From Macrostomum lignano (Eukaryota), in the NCBI GenBank assembly GCA_002269645.1, contig NIVC01000049.1:186001-250000 (forward strand): a stretch of 64,000 nt of DNA. The letters run 5' to 3'. The first letter of the stretch is position 1. Each line of letters starts with the position of its first letter. Below the pieces are notes generated by a model. The model was not told the DNA's origin. It searched no databases and saw only the letters and a list, made by a program, of their open reading frames with translations. Made by a program: the position numbers and the translations under genes. Positions 10,165 to 23,826 of this stretch are shown piece after piece.

Positions 10165-12292
10165 ATGAAGTTTCTGGCTTACATTCTGCTTACTGTATCT
10201 GCCATTGAAGGTTTCACAGCCGCGCCTTCGGGACTGTGTAAGATGGGCGATGGCGGCAGTGTGGTGATTGTCCATATTCTTTTGAATAATTAGAATTTGA
10301 AGGAAAATTTTTTATATAAATTTAAATGCTTCAGGTCGACTAAAAATCGCTCACAACAGGATCGACAGCACATGGCAGTCATCTTACTATACAACAGCCA
10401 ATAATGAATCAACGTGCTTTTACTCTCAATCAGAAAGCAAGTCGGGACAATGGGACTTCATTCATTCTGGTGAATACAGCTCATCGGCAGTTGACGGATT
10501 TCATTGGTTTGTCATTTTGCTAAATCAGAGTGAAAAAATTCGGTCGGTCTCTGTTGAAAGTAGAGGTAAGGACTTCAGAAGCTTACTGAACATCGGTGGC
10601 TTGCTGTGCATGCGATGGCTTAATGAAACTTTTCAATAAAACATTTCAGCTGATTCCATAGTAAAAGGCCGCGCAGTAGACGTTGAGCTTTACGCCTCAC
10701 AGTTGGATTTGAGCAGCCAGCTCGGCCCCGAGCACTGCAGCTCTGAGCAAATCCGTTCGGTTTTCATTTTGAACCCGTCAGCTTGGAACTACTGCGGCAA
10801 AACAAAACCACATGCACGTGTGAATGACAACTACCTGACTGTAAGATGCGACCAAACGGTGCGTATAAGCTAGTCGCAGTAATCTGTCTACTTTGCCATT
10901 CTCTTTTTATATAAAACTATTATCTACTTTAAACTTATTCAGGTTCGTATGTTGCTGCTTAGAAAGTTCGTTAGGAACTTGTCGAATAGGGATCATCAGT
11001 GCATGAATATTGTGAACATGTGGTTGAATCGCGTTTATATAAACTGTAAGTTTTTTTCAGTATAATTTTATTGCTTGCAAAAAACATATTTGATTCTTTT
11101 GTCTTAGGACTCTTGTTTGAATTCTTATTTCTAGTATATAGGACTAGTAATCTATTGCCCCCTTTCGGGGGGCTAATAAGCAAGGGACGGAAATTATTTA
11201 TGTGAATCCTGTTTTCCTGCAATTCTGGGGGATTTTAGTGTTAGTATATAAGATTGCTCATTTCGCTTTTGTTATTATTTTGGAATAGATCAGTCACTAG
11301 CATTTCAAACTATCAATAATTTTTTGTTTAGCTTCGTACAAAAACAGCTTCAAAATAATGCAACCTACATACGTCAGATCTGCCAGGCCGATACAAAATC
11401 ACCACAGAATTCGGCAACTGCAATGCAGCATCAGCTCCAAGCGCTGATATCGAATTCACCTTTGAGTCTCCAGATGCATCCACGCACCTGTGCAGAGCAT
11501 CAGACTCTAACGGCAAGCTTTTGACAACTACGGCCGAGAAAAGTCCAACCTGCGATGTGGCTGACAATGTCCTGAGGTCCCAGTGGCTGTGCTCGAATTG
11601 TAGCAGCTCAGCCAATGTGTCAGTAATCTGCCAAGCAGATAGTCAGCATCAAGTTAAAAAGTTCATTACTACGGATTGCGCGAAAAGTAGTAAGTTCTTT
11701 TTTAAACTTACATGCAACAAATGTTTATCATATTTGTCGTCAAAATTTTAGATATTTTGTTTGTGGTCAAGGTGCTGACAGTTATTTTCACTTCGTTAGT
11801 ATTGGCGTGCGTCTTAATCATCTTTGCTCTCAAGAAGGTAAGAATTATGCAATGCAGAACTTCAGTCTGCTAAACAGAGTGCTACCAGTAAACTAACTTG
11901 AGCTCCATTTATACTCGTACAAACCATCAGTTCTGCAGTCAGCCTCGGAGCAGCAAAAAAGAACTCCCAGATGAACCTCCAGCAGCGGTCCCTTCTCAGC
12001 CAATGACCGACTTGAACCGCGATGCCGAGCAAGCCGGGGCAGCAACAACCACAGCCAATGTCGCCCAGCCCAGCATATCAATGCAAGCAGCAGCTGCCGA
12101 TGAGTTTTACATTAACTCTAAACTCTTTCGGGTGAGTCTGGAGATTATCAAAACAAGATTGGTCCCTTTATTTTCAAGTTTACATTGTCCATTCCCATCA
12201 ATACTTGCGTGTCGCAGAGCAGAAGGCTCAACGGAGACGTCACCGAATATTTGGACATCGTCTCAATTGGCGTTGTGCGGCAACCAAAATGA
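10165..12292 (+). CDS. Predicted 8-exon type I membrane protein: signal peptide, F5/8 type C/fucolectin-like domain, Cys-rich region, TM helix, cytoplasmic tail
   Basis: Manual exons 10165-10237, 10335-10565, 10650-10858, 10943-11045, ~11378-11689, 11752-11837, ~11931-12131, 12218-12292; all introns GT-AG and phase-compatible; MKFLAYILLTVSAIEG signal; WFVILLNQSEKIRSVSVESR motif; ILFVVKVLTVIFTSLVLACVLIIFALKK TM; acceptors of exons 5 and 7 uncertain. Confidence 0.7.
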
Positions 12293-12555
12293 TTTTTGGC
12301 ATGTTCAATGAACAAAAAAATGTTTCGTTCAGAACTACTAATTGGATCGTGGGTTCTGACAGTCTATTGGCTAGTGATTTTTGTAATTATTAAATGAAAG
12401 GTTTAATTCGAAAACTCGCTGCCACCTCTAGAATTTGTGGCTTTTTAATCCTAGTACGTAAGGTAAAAAACACACTAAGCAATAATGCCTTAATTTAATT
12501 TTTCTGAGTAATTTAAGTCTCCTAAAGAGGCGTAATCACTTGTAATCAATAACTT

Positions 12556-12783
12556 ATCCTGAACTTTGTTATCCTTCTTATTTAATGTTTTCCAATACCG
12601 TCTGCTTTGTCAGAGCATTCATTTCATTCATTTGGTAAGTTGAGGCTTTCAAGGGGCCCTGCGCATCAGCCCTGGGGAGGGCTCTTACGCAACTAATTTA
12701 TTTTAGTTTCCAGTTTGAGCGATCCTGAACTTTGTTATCCTTCTTATTTATTGTTTTCCAATACCGTCTGCTTTGTCAGAGCA
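12556..12783. repeat. 62-bp direct repeat pair (12556-12617, 12722-12783, one mismatch) around a 104-bp spacer
   Basis: Directly visible. Confidence 0.85.
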
Positions 12784-13480
12784 AAGTCCAACTGCTTTCT
12801 ATTTTTTGCTATCTCAGCAGCCCACCATTTAATCTAACTACTAACATTTCCCCTGAAAAAAGCTACTTACAGTAGCGTAAAAGCAAATCTGCTTATTACG
12901 TAATTATATTAACCACTACACTTACTCAATCGCTGGCTTCTGATTAGCAATCGAGAAAGTAAATGCATACGCATAATTACGCTGTTTTGTGTAGGTACTC
13001 GTAATGATAAAATGGCGGTATTTTAGTTTTTTAAATGTAAATAATGTAAATGTAAATTTTTACTTAAATTTTGTTAACACACCCATTATCCATATATACT
13101 CGTACTTTCACTAACCAAGTATACATTTAATGAAAACGCCTATTAATTCGTCATTGCACTAGTAATAACTATATCCAAGAGCTTTCAATTTTGATTCCAA
13201 GGAAAAACCTTGTAGTGTTCATCAACGCAAAGGCTGTGCGTGTAATGTAATTTCATTCACGTTAATCTCATTAACAGTGATCTTTTTTCAAAAATCAAAT
13301 CAAAAAAACAATCTACAACAAAAAAAAGAAAATTCAAGTAGCGGATGAGAATTCTAATTTTGCAATGTACACTTTTTCTCATGTATTACCAAATGGAGTA
13401 GGGTCTTGCATCGATTAGATTTTCTTACAAGGAATATAAGGAAAATATAGTGTGATAGGAAAAGGGACATAAACTGGTGC

Positions 13481-13540
13481 AGGGACAGTGACAGGGACAG
13501 GGACAGTGACAGCAGGGACAGGGACAGGGACAGGGACAGG

Positions 13541-13576
<36 letters not shown>

Positions 13577-13666
13577 TGCAGGGACAGGGACAGGGACAGG
13601 GACATGTGCAAGGACAGGTGCAGGGACAGGGACATGTGCAAGGACAGGTGCAGGGACAGGGACATG
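13481..13666. repeat. (GGGACA)n microsatellite with GGTGCA/TGTGCA interruptions, abutting the copia 5' LTR
   Basis: Directly visible. Confidence 0.95.
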
Positions 13667-13948
13667 TGTTGTTTATAGTATATAGCTCGTACTTTTAGTA
13701 CTTTATATAGTAATTGTCAGATACATAATATTGATTAATATTGTTAATGCAAATAGCTGTACGTATCCCTTTCTAGAAAGTTCAATAAATATCCAATACA
13801 GTATCGTACCGATATATCTATGGTTGTTAGTTCATATCGCAAATACGCTAATACTTTAAGTGCCCCCCCAAACTGCTCAATTTTTCATCTTGTGTATTTT
13901 TGTTGAAACTGATAAAATATACTTAATTAAAAGAAGCAAACATCAACA

Positions 13949-13962
13949 GGTTATGGGCCCAG
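13949..13962 (+). other. Copia primer-binding site GGTTATGGGCCCAG (half-tRNA-iMet type)
   Basis: Immediately follows the 5' LTR; matches the PBS known from Drosophila copia-type elements. Confidence 0.85.
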
Positions 13963-14019
13963 CACGCTTCCACTGCGAGTACTTCGATGTACTAGATCAT
14001 TCTGGTAATCTGGTTCTTT

Positions 14020-17000
14020 GTGCCATCTGGAAACTTGATCGCTCGGTCGATCAGTTACGTTGCTATGGCTGCAAGCGAAGAAAAATGGCACATAGAGAAG
14101 CTCACGAAGGACAATTGGATGACGTGGAAAATCCAAATGAAACATTGCTTAATCGCAAGAAGACTCTGGGGCATAGCTACCGGAGAAGATGTTCTTCAGC
14201 AAGACGCAAATGAAGCACGACGCAATGAATTCAAGGAACAGCAACAGCGAGCAGCAGCAATGATAGTTCTGTCTCTCAGCAGTGAGTACATCTACCTTGT
14301 GACTACATGCGATGATGATCCGAGGCAGATGTGGCAAATTTTATGTGGTCATTTCGAACGTGACTCGACTGCCAACAAGTTGTTTTTGAAGAAAAAACTA
14401 TTTAGACTGCAGATGACTGATGGGACTCCAGTTCAGGAGCACATTCGCTGTCTGAAGGAGTTAACTGACAAGCTGGCGTCCATTAATGCTGCTGTGTCTG
14501 ACGAAGACCAGGTTGTGATTCTTCTTAGCAGTCTACCTGACAGCTACAGTTATCTGGTTACGGCTCTGGAGACCCGAAAGGAAGAGGAGCTGACTTTGCT
14601 GACGGTTCAACAAGCACTGCTTAATGAAGAAATGAAACGAAGTGAAACTATGAAATACGAATCCCGTGACTCGGAATCTGCTCTTCGTGTTGACAAATTT
14701 AAGGGACGCAGACCAATTAAGTGCTACACATGTGGCAAGGAAGGACACTTCAGTAGAGAGTGCAGGTTCAACGTGAGCAACAGGCAGCAAAACTCAAAAT
14801 CGACTCTGTATAAAGCCAAAACTGCAGAAAGTACGAGTCATTCGAATCCGAACCCGGACAACGAGACAGCCGATAGTGCCGCTACATTTCTTACCTCTGA
14901 AGAAACTGGTCTTCAGGACACAACTGCACGGTGGATAATTGACTCTGGTGCCACAAGACATATGACCTGTCAAAGGAATGCTCTAAAAGACTACACTGAA
15001 TTCGATGAACCGGAAAATGTAGGGCTCGGAGACGGGCGAACAGTTCAAGTTTACGGAACTGGACGAGTGGACATCGTCACGAGACTCCCTGGCGGTGAGC
15101 GTTCTAACGCAGTACTTGGATCTGTACTTTTCGTACCTAGACTAGCCTGCAATCTGTTCAGTGTACGTGCGGCTACACTTAAGAACAATGTCATTCAGTT
15201 TGGTCACACTAGGTGCTGGATTCGAAACCAAACAGGGAAGCTAGTAGGCTTTGGAACACTAGTTGATCGATTGTACCAACTTGAGTGTGATGTAGATTGC
15301 AACTTAGCTACAGCTGCAGTAACGACTACAAAGTCAGAGCTCGAAACTGCCAATTTGTGGCATCAACGTCTAGGACATCTCCACAGAAATCAACTCGAAC
15401 AACTATTCAAGAAAAGGTACGTCGAGGGTACTGACACTTCCATATTTGCCGACACTTCCATTGTGAGTGATATGAATTTCTGTGAAGCGCGCGTTGAAGG
15501 AAAGGCACATCGAAAGAATCACAAATCAGTGGGAGAAATTCGCTCATCAGAAGTACTGCAACTTGTGCACAGTGACATTTGTGGACCAATGCAGACGCAG
15601 TCGTTTGGCGGGAATCGATTTTTTGCGACTTTCATCGATGACTTCTCTCGCATTGTGAAGGTCTATTTTCTGAAGACTAAGTCTGAAGTCTTCCAGAAGT
15701 TTAAGGAATTCGAAGCGCAGGTGACTAATGAGACTGAAAAAACAATAAAAGTTCTCCGAACTGATGGTGGAGGAGAGTACATGTCCAAGGAATTTTCTGC
15801 GTTTTTACTTGCAAAAGGAATTCGACACGAAATTTCGGTTGCCCACACACCAGAACAGAACGGTGTTGCTGAAAGAATGAACCGTACTCTCATCGAATCT
15901 GCTAGAACAATGATAACTCATGCTGGTCTTAGCAATGTTTATTGGGAAGAAGCCATCAACACAGCCGCGTATATCCGCAACAGAGTCCCGACGAACTCGG
16001 TAGCGCCAACGATGACACCCTACGAAAGATGGTGTGGACGAAAGCCAAACATCTCACACCTTCGAACGTTTTGCTGTGTAGCTTATGCTCACATTCCTAC
16101 AGTAGAGAGACAAAAACTTGATAAGAAGACTACCAAGCTTAGGTTCGTTGGCTACAGTGACAATCAAAAGGGCTACAGATTGTTTGACGAAAGAACTAGG
16201 AAAACAGTTGTTCGTTACGATGTCATCTTCAATGAGAGAGACTTCGGAAAGTTGAATGATTTCCAGCAGAACAATGAAAAGATAAATCCACATATGGAAG
16301 TGAACCTCGACGAGCACAACAGCCGAACAACTCCGAATGAAGAAATTGAAACTGAAATTCAACAAATTCTGCCAACGACCACGCGACAAAGGAAAACCCC
16401 AGAGCGTTTTCAATACAATGAGAACTTCGAAGTAGCTAGCCTAAGTACAACAGAGCCACAACATCGTGTTTTTCGAGCCATGGAGATTTTGGAACCCAGA
16501 TCGATTGACGAGGCTTGGAGTTGTGACAATGCGAAGGAATGGAAAGAAGCAACAGACTCGGAATACAACTCTCTGATAGAAAATGATACGTGGGAATTAG
16601 TTTCTCTTCCAGAAGGACGAAAGACTGTTGGCTGCAAGTGGGTATTCAAAGTGAAGCATGACAGCTGCGGAAACATTGAACGATTCAAAGGACGCCTGGT
16701 TGCCAAAGGATATTCTCAACAACCTGGAGTGGATTATGACGAGACGTTTTCTCCTGTGGTAAGATACTCATCAATCCGTACTATACTGGCATTCGCAACT
16801 CAACGAGAAATGCACATTCATCAAATGGATGTGGTCACTGCATTTCTAAACGGACATTTAACAGAAGAAATCTTCATGGATCAACCACCCGGATACGTTA
16901 AATGCGACGAAGAGAATTTGGTCTGCAAGCTGAAAAGATCGCTATATGGTCTAAAGCAATCACCCCGGTGTTGGAACAAGGCCCTCTGTGATTACCTAAT

Positions 17001-18009
17001 CTCGATTGGATTCAAGGAAAGTGGAGCAGACCCATGTGTGTTCACTCGCAAACTTGGAAACATGTCAATCATTGCGGTTTATGTTGACGACTTGGTGATG
17101 GCTACTGATACTATGGATGAAATGCAGAGTATCAAGTAGGAATTCACTCGACGATTCAAGATGAAAGATATGGGAGAGCTTCATTACTGTTTAGGAGTGA
17201 CAATAGTGATTGACTCAGAGAGACGATTTCTTCAACTTCATCAGAAGCAATACAATATGCAACTACTGAAGAAGTTTAAAATGTTGGAAGCAAACCCAGC
17301 CACAACTCCAATGGATTCAAGCGTCAAGCTCGTTGAAAACGATGGCTACAGCAAATTCGTGGATCCAAAGGCCTATCAATCAATTTTAGGCAGCCTATTG
17401 TACGCAGCGATCGCTACACGGCCAGACATTGCTCAAGCAGTGGGAGCAGTATCGAAATTCAATTCCAAACCAACTGAGGCTCATCTCATCGCTGCCAAGA
17501 GAACTCTTCGATACCTGAAAGGCTCATCGGACGTCGTTCTGAAATATGAGAAGTCTGGAAGTAACGAGATCATTGGCTACTCAGACGCTGATTGGGCGTC
17601 GGACTTGGATAGCAGACGCTCAGTCACTGGAAGTGTCTTCATTATGGCCGGTGGAGCAGTAACATGGTTAAGTCAAAAGCAAACCACGGTGGCGTTGTCA
17701 ACGACAGAAGCGGAGTACATGGCCCTTGCGTCTGCGACACAGGAGGCAATATGGCTTCGTCGACTTGTAAGCGATTTGGGTGCCAATGTCACTGGGTCAA
17801 CTGTAATTAAGGAAGACAATCAAGGAGCCATTGCAATGTCAAAAAATCCGATTCGACACAAGCGGACAAAGCATATTGACATCCGCTATCATTTTATTCG
17901 AGATGCTATTCAAGCTGGTACTGTGAAACTGGAATACTGTCCGACAAAGGAAATGCTGGTGGACATTCTGACAAAGCCAATTCCAAGGCATCAGTTTGAA
18001 AATCTGTGA
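14020..18009 (+). pseudogene. Copia gag-pol polyprotein with an in-frame TAG (17137-17139) in RT and a premature TGA near the RNase H end
   Basis: CYTCGKEGHFSREC knuckle, WIIDSGATRHM protease, LWHQRLGH, VHSDICGP/TDGGGEY/NGVAERMNRTL integrase, YVDD RT, GYSDADWA RNase H; both ORF-track segments are in the same frame. Confidence 0.95.
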
Positions 18010-18161
18010 TCAATGCTTGGGATTAAGTGTATGGATATGAATTGAAGTAACTGGAGTAACTGAAGTAACTAATGTCATTGTCATCCATTTTTAATATCAG
18101 AGACTACTGAGTAACCTACCGCGGTTAACTTAAATCTTCCAATGATAAGTTTCTGACAATT

Positions 18162-18170
18162 AAGTGGGAG
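18162..18170 (+). other. Copia polypurine tract (AAGTGGGAG)
   Basis: Directly precedes the 3' LTR. Confidence 0.75.
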
Positions 18171-18452
18171 TGTTGTTTATAGTATATAGCTCGTACTTTT
18201 AGTACTTTATATAGTAATTGTCAGATACATAATATTGATTAATATTGTTAATGCAAATAGCTGTGCGTATCCCTTTCTAGAAAGTTCAATAAATATCCAA
18301 TACAGTATCGTACCGATATATCTATGGTTGTTAGTTCATATCGCAAATGCGCTAATACTTTAAGTGCCCCCCAAACTGCTCAATTTTTCATCTTGTGTAT
18401 TTTTTGTTGAAACTGATAAAATATACTTAATTAAAAGAAGCAAACATCAACA

Positions 18453-19500
18453 GAATGTCTCCGCTGCTACAGTATATCAATGCCACCGCAGTGTGCAATC
18501 CCTCTCAGTCCTTAACAGGGACACGGCTCGGCTGGTTAGGTCCCTCAGTCACGATACGCTTTCTTAGTGCAACTCCTATCTGCACCTTGATGACAACTAT
18601 ACTACCAATGCCGAAAGCTCGCTAAATATTCTATTCTACACCTGCTTTCCGGAGTGTGTGGTCGACGACGACAGACCCAGCGACCGCCCACTCTTTCAGC
18701 AGTGCGCCACAACCTGGCTGCTTCAGCTGGCGGTGAACTCGTTTAAACCGTTCAAATCCCCAGGCCATCGCCCTCTTGTATTCTTCAGTAGGGGCTTCTC
18801 TTTAAGCTTCTTGTTGACTGTTTTACAACAGGATACATTCCCACTACCTGGAGAACGTTCAGCTCTGTATTTATCCCAAAGTACGATCTTCTGACCGCTG
18901 ATATTCCCATTAGCAGGATTAGAATCCTCCTATAAATGGAGGATTCATTTGGATCCTTAACAGGATCAGAATAATTTGGATACCCGGTCACAGCAATATC
19001 CTGGGCAACGAGCTCCCGGATTCTCTCGCCAAGGAGGGCAGCAACCCAGACGGCAACCACCGTTTGATGAGACTACCCATGCCTAGGTCGCATATCCCCG
19101 CATATTAACAGGTGGCTCCATCAGTACCACCAGCTCCACTAGGAACAGCTGCACAGGCAGACCCGCTCTGCCATGCCTAACCTGAACAGGAAAGTCTCTG
19201 AATATCTGATTTCGCTTATCAGAGCGGACTTCAGGAAGATGTTCATGGTCCTAACCGGCCATGGATTCTTCCAGAGACATATCTCGTTGCAAACCGGTTG
19301 CCCTCCCACCTTTCATAGGAGAGGAGACAACGGAGCATAACGTCACCTTCTTCCCTTACTTCAATAAGGCGCGGCACAGATACCTCGGCCACCCCCAGCT
19401 GAGTGAAACTCCTAAGGTTTGATCTTAATTTCTTGGGGTTGCGATGCGGGTCTCGCGGCCTAACTGCGGCGCATACGCCCCCCGTCAGTAGTAATTCAGT
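18453..19500 (+). mobile_element. Degenerate, internally rearranged copy of the I-group LINE (RNase H fragment, EN-RT linker fragment, 3' end)
   Basis: Segments match about 59666-59730, 57700-57960 and 59740-60405 of the intact copy; ends in CCCCCGTCAGTAGTAA. Confidence 0.85.
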
Positions 19501-19818
19501 ACCCACGCTAGTATGGACTGTTTCAAAACGTGAGCCTTGAGAATACTATCTGGGTGATTTTATCACTGCAGTAAACCAATTTGAGATATCCGTGGCGTCA
19601 GCTTATGTGAGTCGTTTTTCTAACTCATAGGTTGAGATAAGAATGCATGGTTGGTAGAAAAATAGTTACAGCACATAATACAGCATACTCGTACAAACCA
19701 AAATCTTTTTCTGCGCGATTTCTGGCTTGCTTGACACTTTTTAGTTTAGTTTAAAGTCAGTCCGTCATTGACCATGCTTAAATTTAATCGCACGTATTTT
19801 TGGTAGAGAATAAGAGAC

Positions 19819-20940
19819 ATGCTCGGCATTATAACATGGAAGCAAAAGCGTCTGCTAATTCTAATTGTCCTGACAGTCGTGTCAGTTAGAACAGCGTATT
19901 TCATTGCGCAAACGACTCGTACCTATAAATGTAAAGCACATGAGGTTGCTGCACGTACGCCGACGTCTCTACCGTTGCACGACGGGCTGCCTTGCGGCGA
20001 GCTGCCCTCCCGGTTCCCAGACTCCATCCCGCCGCTGGTGCACTGGACCAGCAAAGACGGTCGAGTGCCAGCCAAGCTGGTTCCCATTGTGCGCTCCTGG
20101 GCACGGCTGAGTAACGGTAGCCAAATCCAGGCCTGGCACTTCATGCACTGGGACGACAAGCAGATCTCCGAGCTCATCTCGAAGCACTATCCGTACCTTG
20201 TTCAAAGCTACCGCAAGCTGGTCAACGGGCTGGAGCGATCGGACATTGGCCGTCTGGTCGTGCTGCACCACGTCGGCGGTCTGTACGTCGACACGGATGT
20301 GGAGCTGCTTCGAGATCCGACACCGCTGCTGAGACCGTCGCAGCTTCAGGGAGCGGGGCTGACTCCGAACTTCGACTGTGAGTGAGCCGTGTGGAGTCAG
20401 GAGCCTACTGAGCACGCAGTCTTCACGTTCAACCTTCCGGCACTGATTTCGAATGCGGTGATGATGAGCCGAGCGAATCACAGCTTCCTGAGCTTCGTGC
20501 TGATGAACTGGCCGACATGGTTCGAGAAGAATTGGGCCAGTAACACCAAGAGAGTTCATAACGATGCGGTGCACGTCACGGGACCCAGAATGCTGCACAC
20601 ATTCTACGAGAAGTACACGGCACTGGAGCAGAGCGACCGACCTGTGGACTGGTGCGGCAACATGCTGGCCGAGGCAGACGCCTTCCAGCCCCTCTGGGAT
20701 GTGGTATGGATTCCAAAAATGCTGAAGAAACTTTGCCGGGCAAAGAATCTGGGGAGCCTTCCCAAGATGAAGCAGCAGCACTGCAAACGGCTCAATGCTA
20801 CCAACTTTGAGACAAAGAAAATACCGAACAGTTCTTTCACAGTTCACAAGTTCATGCACCTGAGCTACACTCACAAGATGTTAATGGGTAACTCCATGAC
20901 AATTTCCCGGATTCTACCGACTCTTACATGCAGACTGTAG
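19819..20940 (+). pseudogene. GT32 (OCH1/Sur1-like DXD) glycosyltransferase copy 1 with a single in-frame TGA at 20383-20385
   Basis: N-terminal signal anchor, IPPLVHWT, RSDIGRLVVLHHVGGLYVDTDV; both halves are in one frame; the paralogue has Ser (TCA) at this codon. Confidence 0.85.
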
Positions 20941-21276
20941 GATTACCATCGACATGAAAGGGCAAGGCAGTTTGTGCTTTTTTGTTCACCTGTAGAACAG
21001 TTTATATTTAATTAGCACAGTTTTTTTTGTTAAGTAATATGCAGCCTAATTGCAGTTGCAAGGATTAAATAAATCGCCCAATTCGTTACTCGTTATATTT
21101 CTCTTTTTACTGATTAACTTCTTATTTTCAATAAACATTACAATTTAACATGCATGAAACGATCGAACAAAAGCTTCTTTGCCATTCTATTTTTAGTAGC
21201 ACGCCAACTTTATTTCAATTTCCAAAATCATGAAACTGAAGAATACAAAAGGCCGGCTCCGTTGGGGTGGGGCGAT

Positions 21277-21517
21277 GCTTGCGGAAAATCAATAACAACA
21301 GACGCCAATTTAAAGCCATGAGAAGTCTTTTCAATTTAAATATGGGCTTCTTAATTGTCTATGGCTGAACCGGCTTCGGTGGCAGCACGAAGTACATCAA
21401 AGAAAGATAAGGGCAGAGTATGTAAAGGGTTCAGCCATAGACAAGAAGCCCTTATTTAAATTGAAAAGGCTTCGTCTGTTTTGAATTGGCGTTTGTTTTT
21501 ATTAATTTTCCGCAAGC
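21277..21517. repeat. Fold-back element with imperfect arms of about 90 bp, including TGTCTATGG/CCATAGACA, around a unique loop; second copy inverted at 42333-42552
   Basis: Arm complementarity and the reverse-complement copy are readable directly. Confidence 0.8.
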
Positions 21518-21935
21518 GTTGGCCCAGACTGTATAGTCTGAATTGAATTTCGGCTATAGTTAGTTTATTGGAACCTAACTTTGATTAAAATTGAAGGTAA
21601 AAAAGTGACGTCAATTTTTAATTGCATTTTTTGTGCGCAGGTAAAAACGTGAAAGGTGAAACGTTTAGTTTGTTTAATTCGATTTTGTTTCCGAGAAATC
21701 CTACTAGTATTTGAACATTCAATTTGTGGCTACTTACTTACTTACTACTGACGGGGGGGGCGCAGGCGCCGCGAATAGGCCACGAGGCCCCTATCGAAAT
21801 TTCAAGGTAAAAGAGCACAAGGATTAACCTTGGGGTGCGCCCAGTCCCCGCCAGTAGTCGGCAGGTTCGCAGTGGAGGCATCGGCGACCCTCATCCGGCG
21901 GGAGTCCCGGCACAAGGCCGTACTTGTGCCGCGCC

Positions 21936-22847
<912 letters not shown>

Positions 22848-22850
22848 TCA

Positions 22851-22991
<141 letters not shown>

Positions 22992-23826
22992 TCAGGTTAG
23001 GCATGGCAGAGCGCGGGTTTGCCTGTACTCGGTGCAGCTGTTCCAGTGGAGCTGGCTGCTGATAGAGCCACCTGTTGATATGGCGGGTGACTTGCGACCT
23101 GGGAGTGGGTAGCCTCATCAGACGGTGGTTGCCGTCTGGGTTGCTGCCCTCCTTGGCGAAAGAGTCCGCGAGCTCGTTGCCCAGGATGTTGCTGTGACCG
23201 GGTGTCCAGATAATTCTAATCCTTGAGGCTGGCGCAATGGGTCTTCTAGGTGGTCTTCTTAGCCCTTCGAATGCTACTTTTGTAGGTGCCTAGAGCAGAT
23301 TGGTAGTCGGATATTCGAGCCGTTCGCTAGGCGTTGCAGCTGGAGGGGCGTTAGGGGGGTTTAGTGCGTATGGCGGTGTTCAGTGACTCAACGAGGGAGT
23401 TGCATCGGTGCTCGATGCTAGCGAGGTCCTCGACGGAGTCCGTTAGATGTTAAGCGAAAACGTTAGGAGTTTCAGCAGGTCTCTGCGGAAACCTGTCCAG
23501 TCGGCCTTCTTCAGGTTGCATGAGGCGGTTTCGGCCCACCATCTGTCGGAGCTGATGTTGTACTGAATATACGAGTGGCCGGAAAGCGAGGGGATATCAA
23601 CCCTAACCGGCCAGATGTGGACTTTGTTAAGGGCGTTATTAGAAACGATAAAGAGTTCAAAAACCTCACTTCGGCTGAAAACTAGCTCGTGTAAAAATAG
23701 ACTTGCTGCCCCCGTTTAAAGATGCGTAACGAGAAGTGAATCAAATCGATTAGTAATTCATCACGCCTGTTGGTTTCACACTAGACCAGGCAGTGTTATG
23801 GGCGTCGCATCTGACGATTAGCTTCC

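Larger units (their letters stand above)
13667..18452 (+). mobile_element. Ty1/copia LTR retrotransposon, near-complete
   Basis: 282-bp TG...CA LTRs at 13667-13948 and 18171-18452 (2 substitutions and 2 homopolymer indels); PBS and PPT present; gag-PR-IN-RT-RH domain order. Confidence 0.97.

Noticed and set aside
13354-13685. SL-repeat and GT-repeat ORFs
   Set aside because: Translations of the (GGGACA)n microsatellite
19969-20874. 301-aa antisense ORF and similar shadow ORFs over the GT32, FkbM, RTE and LINE genes
   Set aside because: Expected by-product of GC-rich codon usage on the opposite strand; no motifs
20383-21517. Selenocysteine at the GT32 TGA with the downstream fold-back acting as SECIS
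   Set aside because: The paralogue has Ser rather than Cys; the fold-back lies beyond AATAAA signals (about 21069 and 21130), is much larger than a SECIS and also flanks the stop-free copy
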